Source: a virus
Lineage: Duplodnaviria > Heunggongvirae > Uroviricota > Caudoviricetes
IMG/VR virus record: IMGVR_UViG_3300048016_000310
DNA length: 64,000 bases
Direction: 5' to 3' (one strand)
Both the position numbers and the translations under genes were made by a program. The notes below the pieces were generated by a model, which ran no database searches, had not been told where the DNA came from, and worked only from the letters and a program-made list of their open reading frames with translations. Of this stretch, positions 45,806 through 56,218 are shown piece after piece. Position 1 is the stretch's first letter. Every line of letters starts with the position of its first letter.

Positions 45806-46182
45806 AGTATTATATTAATGAAGAAGCTTTAAAAAACATTTTCTCCAAGAAAATGGAAGCCTACAGAAAAGAAGCAGGAATTAGATTTGCTGAGCAGAAT
45901 CGCTATACAAATCCTTTACAGGATTTAACAGAAGAAGACAAGGAATATTTGTCTAAATTTTATGCAGGAGAGTTAGAATTTAAAGATTTGCCTGAATCGT
46001 TTAGACAAAAAGCAGAGTTGATGGTAGAAGAGGTAAAAAGCATTGATGCAAAAATTCAGGAAGGACTTTACTCTGCACATCTATTTACAGAGGAGGAACT
46101 AAAAAATGTTTTAAACTTCTCTGAAACTGAACTAAAAGAAATATTAAATGGCAAAGAAGAAGAATCCATTTCAAAACCTTGA
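45802..46182 (+). CDS. hypothetical acidic protein
   Basis: 126-aa ORF. Confidence 0.35.
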   Translation: MKYYINEEALKNIFSKKMEAYRKEAGIRFAEQNRYTNPLQDLTEEDKEYLSKFYAGELEFKDLPESFRQKAELMVEEVKSIDAKIQEGLYSAHLFTEEELKNVLNFSETELKEILNGKEEESISKP

Positions 46183-46720
46183 TTTACAACAAGTAAAAAT
46201 AGAGTTAACTCGTAATGTTGACTATCTAGCTTCTATTCAAGTGGAAGAACTTCAGGATGATATAACAGATAATGTTACTGCCCAAGGTGGTGTCATACCA
46301 ATAGTAGAGACTTCAATAGAGCAAAAGTTAGACAGTTATATTGTTTTGATAAAAGATTCTGTAGACCAATTAAAGTATATCACAGACATAGAACAAGAGG
46401 TTTCTGTGTTCGTAGATACTCTTTTACAAAAACTAAAAAAACACATGAAAGAGATTCAGGATTACTTTGAAAAGAGACCTCCTGAGTCTCTTTGTGTTAG
46501 AAATTGGGTTATGGAAAAAACAAACAAAAAAACTGGTTACACTTATCAGATAAAAAAATTAGTGGCAAACGTGCCCACACAAATAAAAACAAGGTCAAGA
46601 ATACTCAAGATTATTTTAGAACTACAACCTAAAGTTGCTACTATTGAGGAAGCAAAAGGAGAAGAGTTATCTATTAGAGGGGGTAAAGAGGTGCCTTGGT
46701 TAATGAGAGCAAGATTATGA
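46148..46720 (+). CDS. hypothetical protein (candidate terminase small subunit by position)
   Basis: 190-aa ORF immediately upstream of, and overlapping, the terminase large subunit. No motif. Confidence 0.3.
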   Translation: MAKKKNPFQNLDLQQVKIELTRNVDYLASIQVEELQDDITDNVTAQGGVIPIVETSIEQKLDSYIVLIKDSVDQLKYITDIEQEVSVFVDTLLQKLKKHMKEIQDYFEKRPPESLCVRNWVMEKTNKKTGYTYQIKKLVANVPTQIKTRSRILKIILELQPKVATIEEAKGEELSIRGGKEVPWLMRARL

Positions 46721-48762
46721 AACACATATTATTTTATAGAAATCACTTTCCAAGAGAGAAAGGCGAATCTAGACCAAAACTCCTACCAAAAGAAGGGACT
46801 GCGGAGTTTGAAGAGATAGCTCAATGGGAAGTGGAAAAATGTTTACAAGGTATCACAATACCAGATGTAAAGTATAAAGATGGAACTGTAAAAGATTTAT
46901 ATATTCCTGGCCGTCTCTACTACTTCTTAAACCATCACTATATAGGATTTGACAAGGAGCTACCTAATGGTGAGATAGAAGTTACAATCTCTTTACCAAA
47001 CTTAAGAGATATAGATTGGTTATGGCACAACTATTATGCAGAGTGTTTGCGTGAAAACGTAGGACTTGTAATAGGTGGAACAAGACAGTTAGGAAAATCT
47101 GAGTTTATTGTAGCTATGGCTATGTATGATTTAATGTTTAAGCAAAACTCAGAAGGACTAGCTTTATTTTCTACTGCTGCTGATAAGCAGACCTTTACAA
47201 AGAAGCTTGATATAGCTTTAAAAAACAATACAGACTTCCTTACTATTCCATCGTTAGATAATGACTTTAGCAAAACTTTAATTAGATTTGGTATAAAGCA
47301 GACTTCAAATGAAGATATAATTCAATCTAAGTTATATATCTACTTGACTGAGGAAGGAAACAATACTGAGGTAGCTGCTGGTAAGACTCCTACATTTTAT
47401 ATAATTGATGAGATTGCTAAGTATAAGTTCTTAAGAGTAAATGAGGCCGTAATCCCTGCGATTAGGTCTACTCTTGCAGGTAAAACAAGACTTAGATGTA
47501 GTCCAATTTATTTATTTACAGGAGGTAATGTGGAGAGAGGTCAGGATGCTAAAAAGATGTTCAACAATCCTAAAGCCTACCATTGTAAGGAGTTCGACGA
47601 CGATAAAACTGGTTTATTCATGCCTGGAGAGTATAGGTCTGACTTCAAGAAACCTATCTTATTTCAAGATTATCTTGGTTGTGACCTAAGTCATACAGAG
47701 CTTAAGGATTTAATAATAATGTCTACAGACTTCGCCTTTGCAAAAGAAGTCCTAGACCAAGAAGAGCTTGATGCTAAAAAAGAGTCTTTGCAAGCTTTTA
47801 ATGCCAGAAAAATGTATGCTCCTCGCAAGAAGACTGATATGTTTATGTCTGGAAAAGATAATCCATTTGCCCACTTGTATAGTGACTTCGAAAAGCATCT
47901 ACATTACATTGAAAGGAATTCAGAGTATATTAAACCAATAGAACTTAAGATAAAAGATTCTATTCTATACGCACAACCTTCAGAAAAACCTTTGCTTAAT
48001 GAATACCCTGCTTCTAATTTAGAATCTTGGCAGACAGATACAGCAATCTGTATGACCATAGATAAGCCTATTATTTCTAGAGGAACAAAATTATATGTTG
48101 CAGGACTTGATCCCTTCAACGTAAACAAAACAGACTCATCTGCTTCACTAGCTTCTATGTACATAATGCAGAGAGAAACTACAGATTACACAGATGCACA
48201 CAATGAAAAGATTGTTGCTTGGTGGAATGGTAGGGTTAATCTAAAGCACATGAAAGAGACTGTTTTAAATATGCTTTTATACTTTGGTGCAGAAGTAGGA
48301 GGTGTTACGCTTCTTCATGAAGCTGCTGATGATAACTTGACACAATGGTTTGATGAGCAAAATAAAATTTATCTTTTGGAAGACACATACAATCTTGCAA
48401 GAGAAATAAATCCTAACACTCGCTCTCACAACGTAAAGGGTTTAAAACCTACTATAAAGAATCAAGACTACTACATATCAAAAGTAGTAGAGTATTGTGA
48501 GGAGGAACTACCTGATGGTAGATTAGGGTTATATAGGATACCAGACCCTTACTTAATCAAACAAATAATGAACTATGAAGGAGATTTAGGTCCTCTAGAT
48601 GCTTTGGTAGCATTTGGACATACTTTAACACACCTACATAAAGAACGTAAGTACGCTCTGCAAAAACCACCAGAGGAAGAAACTCAGACTCAAACAAGAA
48701 CACAAGCTTCTGCTTTTGGATTAGGAAGAAGGTCAAGTAGACAAAAGAATATATTAATGTAA
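46696..48762 (+). CDS. terminase large subunit
   Basis: Walker A VIGGTRQLGKSEF, Walker B FYIIDEIA, large C-terminal nuclease-sized domain. 688 aa. Confidence 0.7.
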   Translation: MVNESKIMKHILFYRNHFPREKGESRPKLLPKEGTAEFEEIAQWEVEKCLQGITIPDVKYKDGTVKDLYIPGRLYYFLNHHYIGFDKELPNGEIEVTISLPNLRDIDWLWHNYYAECLRENVGLVIGGTRQLGKSEFIVAMAMYDLMFKQNSEGLALFSTAADKQTFTKKLDIALKNNTDFLTIPSLDNDFSKTLIRFGIKQTSNEDIIQSKLYIYLTEEGNNTEVAAGKTPTFYIIDEIAKYKFLRVNEAVIPAIRSTLAGKTRLRCSPIYLFTGGNVERGQDAKKMFNNPKAYHCKEFDDDKTGLFMPGEYRSDFKKPILFQDYLGCDLSHTELKDLIIMSTDFAFAKEVLDQEELDAKKESLQAFNARKMYAPRKKTDMFMSGKDNPFAHLYSDFEKHLHYIERNSEYIKPIELKIKDSILYAQPSEKPLLNEYPASNLESWQTDTAICMTIDKPIISRGTKLYVAGLDPFNVNKTDSSASLASMYIMQRETTDYTDAHNEKIVAWWNGRVNLKHMKETVLNMLLYFGAEVGGVTLLHEAADDNLTQWFDEQNKIYLLEDTYNLAREINPNTRSHNVKGLKPTIKNQDYYISKVVEYCEEELPDGRLGLYRIPDPYLIKQIMNYEGDLGPLDALVAFGHTLTHLHKERKYALQKPPEEETQTQTRTQASAFGLGRRSSRQKNILM

Positions 48763-48866
48763 TAAAGTAGTATATCTAAGCTAAAAAAGTAAAATTTGGA
48801 TATTAATCTTTTTTTATATTATTTTGCAGTGATATACACTTTAAGCTTTTAAACAAAAACAAGCCA

Positions 48867-51599
48867 ATGACGCTAGATGTGCATCCATTTATAAAATCAT
48901 TTATGGGTTCAGGGTTTTACAATACCTTGCCTCCACAGATGATTACTTATAAAGAAAAAGTAAAAGGTATAGACAAGAGGGGAATATCTCCTTGGATGAG
49001 AAGAAACATGGATACTTTCGAAATGATTGGAAGAGTCCAGTATCAACAAAATCTAAAATTAGTAGAGAATGAGAGGTTAGTAAATGGTGAATTTATACCT
49101 CAAGATTACATGGAAGATTGTGAAGATTGTGATGAAGCTTTCTTTGACCCTTTACAAGAGCTTACAAAAGATGGTGGATTACCAAAATTTATAAAACACT
49201 ATGATATAATTTCTACTATTATTAAAACTCAAGTCCAAGAGTTTACACAATTACCTGACACTTTTCATGTTGAAGGACATGGAGAATACATTCAGAATGA
49301 TAGAATGCAGGTACAGAAGGACGAATTAATGAAATGGGTTAATGGTTCATTAGAAAAAACATTTAATACTTTCTTAAAAGAGAGTGAGCTTTTAAAGACT
49401 GAATTTGCTTCAGAAGAAGAACAACAACAGTATCAGCAACAAATAGCTCAATTAAAAGAAGAAAGGACTCCAGAAGAGATTGGTAAGATGATGAAGTATC
49501 ATTATAGACACTTTGCAGAAGAGTGGGCTGAACATGAACTTCAAGACCAAAAAGACAGATTTAATCTTAATAAACTAAGAAGAAAAGAATTTTTGAATTA
49601 CTTGACAGTAGGGCGTAGATTTCGTCACTTAAGAGTTTCTTCTAAAGGGTTAAATGTTGAATATGAAAATTATGTAAATATCTTCTATCATAAAGCTCCT
49701 AATACAGAATATGTACAAAATGGAGATTATGCTGGTAAAATTTACGTAGATACAGCAGCAGGTATCATAAATAGATTTGCTGAAAATATGACAGAAGACG
49801 AGATTAAATCGTTTGAATACTTCTCTAATCTATCATATAATCAAGAGAGTGCTACAAAAGACTTATTTGGTAACACAATAAACTATACAGCTACAGATGG
49901 TAATCCTTACAACACTTGGATGCCTTCATACTCCCCTATTTTAAACCAGCTTGCTCCAAACTTAGGAATGAACTGGATTTCTTCTAACCCAATTGTAGGA
50001 GCTCCAGCAGGACTACAAGATAATAATGGTTACAACAACAGGTTATTCGTAGTTACAGAAGCTTACTGGAAAGGGTTTAGAAGAAAGGGTAGACTTTGTT
50101 GGATTAATCCTGTAACTCAAATGTATGAGGTTACAGTGGTAGATGAATCCTTCATCGTACCAGATTACATAAAGACCCTAAAAGATGCTACCTTTGTTGA
50201 TGAGCCTGAAGTTAATACAATTGTTTGGGCTTGGGAAGAGCAAATTTGGCAAGGGAAAAAAGTAAATAACTACAACATCCAGAGAGACAGAGCTCCTATA
50301 TATTTTGACATTAAACCATGTGAGTATCAAGGAGTTTCTAAATATCAGATGTATAACAAGAAACTACCTATAGTAGGCCAAATCGCCAACAACTTAAATA
50401 CAAGGTCTACTAATCAGGTAGATATGATTAAGCCATATCAGTTCTTGTTTAACATAGCAATGAACAAAGCATTTAAATATATGCAGAAATCTCTAGCTGC
50501 ATTCTTAGCAATGGAGATTAAAAACTTACCTAATCAAAAAGGTTGGGGTGGAGAAGATGCTTTGGTAAAGTGGGTAAATGCTACAGAAGAAACACAAATT
50601 GGTTTACTAGATACTTCTCCTTCTAACACATTAGGAGCAAATTCAGGTGGAGTTTTACCTAAAGTTATTGATGTGGATAACACTCCAAAAGTAGTAGCAC
50701 ATATGAACATTGCCAACTCGATTAGACAATTAGCTATGGCTCAACTAGGATTTAGTCCACAAAGACTTGGAGATGTAGAGGGTATTGATACAGCAACAGG
50801 TTTAAATATGTCAGTTGCTAAATCTTATAATGCTACAGGCTCATGGTTTACAGAGTTCTGGGAATGTGAAGGAGAAATTTTAAAACAACAGTTAGATGCT
50901 GCTCAATGGCTACAAGCCAATAATAAAGACTTTACAGCTTTATTATCTAAAGGAATTATCTCAGATTCTTTCTTAAGAATCAACAACTCCGAATTCGATT
51001 TATATGACCTTAGAATCTACATCACAAACTCTCAAGAAGAGTTAAGACAACTAGAAATTTTTAAGAAACTAGCCATAGAACTAAATACGCAGAATACTTC
51101 AATGTCTTCTAGAATGCAAATGGCAGGGTTAAATAATGCTCAGCTAATCTTACAGATAGTAAAAGATGAAGAAGACAAGGCTTTAAAACTACAAAGAGAA
51201 ATGCAAGCTTTGGAACAACAAAGAGCTCAAACTCAAGATCAACTTGAATATGAGAAACTTGCTTGGGAGAAAGAAGCTTTGTCTTTAGAACTAGAAAACA
51301 ATTTAGAAGAAGCTTGGATTAGAGCTTTAGGTCATTCTCAATTAGCTACTTCAGATGAAGATACTAATAAGATACCAGATGCTTTTGAATACGAAAAATT
51401 CAATTCTCAAGCAGAACATTCAAGAGAACAACTTGGAGTACAAAAAGACAAGTTAGCTCTAGACAGAGATAAGGAAAGAAACAGAAGATTGGAGCGTCAA
51501 CAAGAGCTACAATTGAAAATTCAAGACTTAGATTTGAAGAGAAGACAAATAGAACAAACAGCTAGAAATGTAAAAATTCTAGGAGATAAATCTAAATAA
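48867..51599 (+). CDS. putative portal protein with extended Q/E-rich coiled-coil C-terminus
   Basis: 910 aa directly after the terminase. Assigned by position and size only. Confidence 0.45.
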   Translation: MTLDVHPFIKSFMGSGFYNTLPPQMITYKEKVKGIDKRGISPWMRRNMDTFEMIGRVQYQQNLKLVENERLVNGEFIPQDYMEDCEDCDEAFFDPLQELTKDGGLPKFIKHYDIISTIIKTQVQEFTQLPDTFHVEGHGEYIQNDRMQVQKDELMKWVNGSLEKTFNTFLKESELLKTEFASEEEQQQYQQQIAQLKEERTPEEIGKMMKYHYRHFAEEWAEHELQDQKDRFNLNKLRRKEFLNYLTVGRRFRHLRVSSKGLNVEYENYVNIFYHKAPNTEYVQNGDYAGKIYVDTAAGIINRFAENMTEDEIKSFEYFSNLSYNQESATKDLFGNTINYTATDGNPYNTWMPSYSPILNQLAPNLGMNWISSNPIVGAPAGLQDNNGYNNRLFVVTEAYWKGFRRKGRLCWINPVTQMYEVTVVDESFIVPDYIKTLKDATFVDEPEVNTIVWAWEEQIWQGKKVNNYNIQRDRAPIYFDIKPCEYQGVSKYQMYNKKLPIVGQIANNLNTRSTNQVDMIKPYQFLFNIAMNKAFKYMQKSLAAFLAMEIKNLPNQKGWGGEDALVKWVNATEETQIGLLDTSPSNTLGANSGGVLPKVIDVDNTPKVVAHMNIANSIRQLAMAQLGFSPQRLGDVEGIDTATGLNMSVAKSYNATGSWFTEFWECEGEILKQQLDAAQWLQANNKDFTALLSKGIISDSFLRINNSEFDLYDLRIYITNSQEELRQLEIFKKLAIELNTQNTSMSSRMQMAGLNNAQLILQIVKDEEDKALKLQREMQALEQQRAQTQDQLEYEKLAWEKEALSLELENNLEEAWIRALGHSQLATSDEDTNKIPDAFEYEKFNSQAEHSREQLGVQKDKLALDRDKERNRRLERQQELQLKIQDLDLKRRQIEQTARNVKILGDKSK

Positions 51600-51668
51600 A
51601 GCTATAAGGGCTTTTAAGATAAACAAGAAATTACTTTTAAAACGAACATAAATAATTATAACTTTGAA

Positions 51669-52766
51669 TTGCAGATGGAACAAGTAAAAAATTTAGACTT
51701 TACAAACAATGGTGGTGTGACTTTAGAAGACATCGATTTTGGAGATGCAGAAATTATAGAGCCTACAGTAGTAGAACCTTTAGTACCTGAAGAAACAGTA
51801 GATGTACCAGTAGTAGAAACCAAAGAAGATGTAAAGTTAGAAGACTTAGATTTTGAAGGAGATGACCCTGAACAGGTTGAAGATAAACCTAAGAGAATAA
51901 CTAAAGACCTGAGAGTAGAAGCTGTGAAAGCAGTTTTGAAGAAAAAACTAGATAGATATGACATCGAAGCAGATGTAGATTTAGATAGTATGGATGAAGA
52001 AACATTAGCTGAGTTTGAGGAACAATTAGACCAAGCAGTGTTAGAAACAAAATGGAATGGAATAAAAGGTCAATCTAAGAATTTAGAGAAACTTTTGTCA
52101 TTTATTGAGAATGGTGGCGACCCACAGAAAATTCTAAGTTTGTTTCAGGAACAACAAGAGGTAGCAAAAATAGATTTAACAGGCTCAGAAGGGCAAGCTA
52201 AACTTGTAAAAAGCTATTATACTGATGTTCTAGGTTGGAGTCCAGAAAAAGTAGAAAATAGAGTTGAGAGGCTTTTGGCTTCAGGACAACTTGAAGATGA
52301 GGTTAAGGATGTTAAGGACGCTTATGACCAACATTTTGAGGAAACTCAGAATAAAAAAATTCAAGCACAAGAAGAGAAGTCTTTAAGAGAACAACAATTA
52401 CAACAACAAAAAAGATTAATGTTTGAAAAAACATTATCTGATTCAAAGATTCCAAAGAAACTGCAGGATGAATATAAAACTGTAGCATTTGGAAAAGGAG
52501 TTCTAAAAGGAACTGAAGAGAAGATAGATATTTTGGATTACAAGATTTTGCAGATGCAAGCTAATCCAGAAATGTTTTTAAAATTAGTTCAGTTTGTTAC
52601 AGACCCAGCATCATATGACCAAGTAGTTTTACAGAATCAAAAGAATGCTACAGTGGTAAGAGAGACAAAAAAGGGATTCCAATTTGAAAGAGGTGAAAAA
52701 CAATCTGATAATGTTGCTGTACAAAGAGCAGAATCAAAGAAGAAATTTGAATTTCAATTTAATTAA
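51669..52766 (+). CDS. acidic scaffolding-like protein
   Basis: Very acidic N-terminus (DLDFEGDDPEQVEDK) and coiled-coil content. Sits between the portal and the capsid candidate. Confidence 0.4.
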   Translation: MQMEQVKNLDFTNNGGVTLEDIDFGDAEIIEPTVVEPLVPEETVDVPVVETKEDVKLEDLDFEGDDPEQVEDKPKRITKDLRVEAVKAVLKKKLDRYDIEADVDLDSMDEETLAEFEEQLDQAVLETKWNGIKGQSKNLEKLLSFIENGGDPQKILSLFQEQQEVAKIDLTGSEGQAKLVKSYYTDVLGWSPEKVENRVERLLASGQLEDEVKDVKDAYDQHFEETQNKKIQAQEEKSLREQQLQQQKRLMFEKTLSDSKIPKKLQDEYKTVAFGKGVLKGTEEKIDILDYKILQMQANPEMFLKLVQFVTDPASYDQVVLQNQKNATVVRETKKGFQFERGEKQSDNVAVQRAESKKKFEFQFN

Positions 52767-52780
52767 TAAACAAATAAAAC

Positions 52781-54514
52781 ATGGTACAAAGTACTTTTAA
52801 CACAGGATACACTAACATTGGAGGTATCCCTATGGGAGACCCAATTAGTTCTCCATTCGATCCAAGGAAACATTTGGAGTCCAACAGTTATTCTAGAGTT
52901 TTAGGACAAGAGAATACTTGGTTAGGAATTCTAAATGTGTTGGATAAATATAACAAGATGAAGATTCCATTCATCTCAATGACAGAACTTTCTAAGAACG
53001 TTGTTGAAGTAGATGGTCCAGGTTCTAAATTCACATTTGGTGTACCTTTTGTAAAAGGATGTCCATTTATTTTAGAAAATCTTTGTGCAGACAATCCTAA
53101 GCCTGGATATGGTAATCAGCCTTTCTTCATCGTTCTTTCGGAAAATGCTTTCACATATGGTGATGTGTTGACTACAGACTACAGAAATGGAAAGCAACTA
53201 AGAATCCAAACTATCAAAGATAGAGGTCCAGAAGCAGAAATTACACCTTACCTTAATGGTTGGAAGTACATGGTAGCTCTTGATACTTGGGATGATGAAA
53301 ATTACTACCCACATGAATTTCTTGAAGTAGGAACTCCATACATGAAATTATTCTCTATTGAGGGTGGTGAGTTTGGTTCTACTATGTCAGGTCTTTCAGG
53401 AACAATGGATGGTGATGGTAAAACAGGTCTACAGTTGTATCAATACACAGTAGGTAACTCAATGCAATCAATTCATGCTTGGATTACAGCTGATGCAACA
53501 TACAGACAATTCAATTTAGAAAACAAAACTCACCCAGCTGTTGCACACTTAAATGGTGCTTCTACTGATATTCTTACATATTGGACAGGAACAGACAGTG
53601 GTAAAAAAGGTGTATTCTGGATTCCTTCATTTGTTCAAAGAATGATGGGTGAACTAGCGAAGATGAAAGAGAACTTCCTAGTTTGGTCACAAGGGAATTC
53701 AATCATCTCAAATGGTAGAGAAAAAATTGTTACAGGTCTTGGTTGGTATCAACAAATCAAACAAAGAGGTAACTACGATACTTATTCAGATTTCAGACAA
53801 TTGTTAAACATTGTTTTGAACTTCTCTGAGAAATTGTTCACAGTACACAATCAAGTTCCACCTATTGAAAGAGTAGTTAAACTAAGAGCAGGTAAGTTAG
53901 CTTATGCTGAACTAAGAAAACAATTCTCTCAATACTTTAAAACTGATAATCCATTTACAGTATTTGCAGACCACCCAGCTCTTATTAAAGCAGGTCTTTT
54001 GACAAATGATGCAAAAGGTGGATTGATTTACAAACCAGTTCAGTTCAATGGAGTATTCTTCCCAGAACAAGGACTATTGTTAGTAGAGCATGACCCTACT
54101 TTAGACCAACTAGATGACTACTTAGAAACTCCACAGTTGAGTTCATATCTAAGTAACTCTTCAGGTATGGTATTCGTAGAAGACATCACAGATGGAAACT
54201 TCACTAATGCAATCCCTAATGAAATTAAACAAAGTGGTAAAAACTACAAAAACACCACAATGATTAAGAGAAAAGGATACAAAGATAAAGTAGAATGGAG
54301 ACCTCACTCTGACTGTTCTCAAGAACTACTTTCAATGCTTGGTGTATTTGGTGCAGGACAAACTCCTATGTCATGGGATAAAGGTTTGGAAGTTAGAATG
54401 TCAACAGAAGGTGAAGTATGGGTACAAGACCCATCAAGAGCTTGGATTATAGAATATGACCCATATGGTGTTATCTCTAAAAACACAAGTGCTTACACAA
54501 ACAGAATTATATAA
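52781..54514 (+). CDS. putative major capsid protein
   Basis: 577 aa. Its position follows the scaffold. A strong intrinsic terminator lies immediately downstream. Confidence 0.45.
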   Translation: MVQSTFNTGYTNIGGIPMGDPISSPFDPRKHLESNSYSRVLGQENTWLGILNVLDKYNKMKIPFISMTELSKNVVEVDGPGSKFTFGVPFVKGCPFILENLCADNPKPGYGNQPFFIVLSENAFTYGDVLTTDYRNGKQLRIQTIKDRGPEAEITPYLNGWKYMVALDTWDDENYYPHEFLEVGTPYMKLFSIEGGEFGSTMSGLSGTMDGDGKTGLQLYQYTVGNSMQSIHAWITADATYRQFNLENKTHPAVAHLNGASTDILTYWTGTDSGKKGVFWIPSFVQRMMGELAKMKENFLVWSQGNSIISNGREKIVTGLGWYQQIKQRGNYDTYSDFRQLLNIVLNFSEKLFTVHNQVPPIERVVKLRAGKLAYAELRKQFSQYFKTDNPFTVFADHPALIKAGLLTNDAKGGLIYKPVQFNGVFFPEQGLLLVEHDPTLDQLDDYLETPQLSSYLSNSSGMVFVEDITDGNFTNAIPNEIKQSGKNYKNTTMIKRKGYKDKVEWRPHSDCSQELLSMLGVFGAGQTPMSWDKGLEVRMSTEGEVWVQDPSRAWIIEYDPYGVISKNTSAYTNRII

Positions 54515-54516
54515 TT

Positions 54517-54542
54517 GAGGGAGGAGAAATCCTCCCCTTTTA
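54517..54542 (+). terminator. rho-independent terminator (GGGAGGA-GAAA-TCCTCCC followed by TTTT)
   Basis: Seen directly downstream of the 52781..54514 stop. Confidence 0.6.
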
Positions 54543-54562
54543 AATCTTTAAACTAAAAAACA

Positions 54563-55465
54563 ATGCAGGTTATTATAAAATCAAAAATTACTGACGAAAC
54601 TAGAACTTTAGATACTGAAAGAGTTGCAATTAGAAATGCTTGGCCTATGGCTGAACAGAATGTATCTCTAAGAAAAAGTCCTACTACTGAAAAGTTTATT
54701 ACAGGGTATGACTTAGAATATGGTGAATCTAAAGAGAAAATTTTAGGAGACAAGAAACACGCCAAGTATGCTTTAATGCAAGAATTGGATGAAATAGAAA
54801 AAGCTCTTGGAGTTTCTCTAGATGGAGACAAAGACAATGAGTTTCTTTTAAATCTAAGATTACCTTTGTGTTTGAGAAATGGTGGAGAGGTGAAACTTAA
54901 CTTAACCAAGCCTAGAGACAAGTTTTATTACAAAGCTTTAATTGCTTCAGGTTATGTTGCACCAGACAAAGAATCATTATATGAACCTAAATATACTGGT
55001 TCATTATATTTCTTCTCTAAGCCAAAAGCTGATGAGAGTTCAAGACAACTTGTAAGTAAACTTAAAAATGAAATAGGAGCTAAACTTACGGTTTATTCTG
55101 AGAACAAAGTTTGGTTACTAGCAATAAGTTTAAAACTAGGATTACCTACTGGTTCTGAACTTTCAAAAAACTTATTGTATATTCAAATTGATGACTACAA
55201 AAACAAGTTGACGAAACTTACAGATGCTGAAAAATTAGTAAAAATAATGAATACAGCTCCAGAAGATTTAGAATATGACTTCATCACAGAAGTAGGAAAT
55301 AAATTTGGAATCATCACAATAACTCCAGACAAAGCAAGAATGCTAGATGGAGTAGTTTTAGGAGGAAGTATAGATGAGGTAAAAAATAATTTAAAATTAG
55401 ATAGATACGTAGATAGCTACGTAGCCTTGAGACTAAAAGTTTATCAAAAGTATAACATACAATAA
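54563..55465 (+). CDS. hypothetical structural-module protein
   Basis: 300-aa ORF. Confidence 0.4.
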   Translation: MQVIIKSKITDETRTLDTERVAIRNAWPMAEQNVSLRKSPTTEKFITGYDLEYGESKEKILGDKKHAKYALMQELDEIEKALGVSLDGDKDNEFLLNLRLPLCLRNGGEVKLNLTKPRDKFYYKALIASGYVAPDKESLYEPKYTGSLYFFSKPKADESSRQLVSKLKNEIGAKLTVYSENKVWLLAISLKLGLPTGSELSKNLLYIQIDDYKNKLTKLTDAEKLVKIMNTAPEDLEYDFITEVGNKFGIITITPDKARMLDGVVLGGSIDEVKNNLKLDRYVDSYVALRLKVYQKYNIQ

Positions 55466-56136
55466 TGACCAGTCAAGAATTATATTACGATTTTCATCTT
55501 CTTCTAAACAAGAGTAATGAGCAAAAATCAGTTAATATAGAGAAAGGTAATTTTGTAAGATTATATAACAGAGAAGCATCAAGATGGTTATCTGATTACA
55601 TAGAAAAAAACAATACTTCTGACAATATCTTAACTATAAACGATTTAATTGTTCGTGATTATGATTTAGTAGAAGTAGAGTCAAATACAGAGTTTGCTGT
55701 ATATAAAATACCAGACAATTATTTCAACCTGTTGCATGGAGATTTTTATTCAATAGTAGATGCAAACAAGTGTAAAGGCATAGTTTACAATCAAGTGGCA
55801 AAGCCCAATGACTTGAATGCTCTCAGAGATGATAAGTTTAGCACACCTTCATTTCATTGGGAAAGAGGTCTTGCAAAAGTCTCAGATAATGAAATAGTAG
55901 TTTTTAAAAACAATTTTGATATTATTTCTTCTTACATTTCGTACTATAAAAACATTTCTGAAATAGATTTGCAAGGTTATGAAAGGTTAGATGGAACAAC
56001 ATCAGAAGACAAGAACCCACAAGAATCGGACTATATATGTCAAATGATTTTAGACAGAGTAGTTCTGGAAGTACAAAGACAGCAAGAAAACCAAATAGGT
56101 TTTCAAGTCTCTAAAGAAAGAGACAGACAATATTAA
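55465..56136 (+). CDS. hypothetical structural-module protein
   Basis: 223-aa ORF. Confidence 0.4.
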   Translation: MTSQELYYDFHLLLNKSNEQKSVNIEKGNFVRLYNREASRWLSDYIEKNNTSDNILTINDLIVRDYDLVEVESNTEFAVYKIPDNYFNLLHGDFYSIVDANKCKGIVYNQVAKPNDLNALRDDKFSTPSFHWERGLAKVSDNEIVVFKNNFDIISSYISYYKNISEIDLQGYERLDGTTSEDKNPQESDYICQMILDRVVLEVQRQQENQIGFQVSKERDRQY

Positions 56137-56218
56137 GGTTCCCATACACCTTTGAGCATGGGCGATGAATGGGCAGGTACATCTCAGTAGTTGAAACAAT
56201 AAGTACATTAAACAAAAC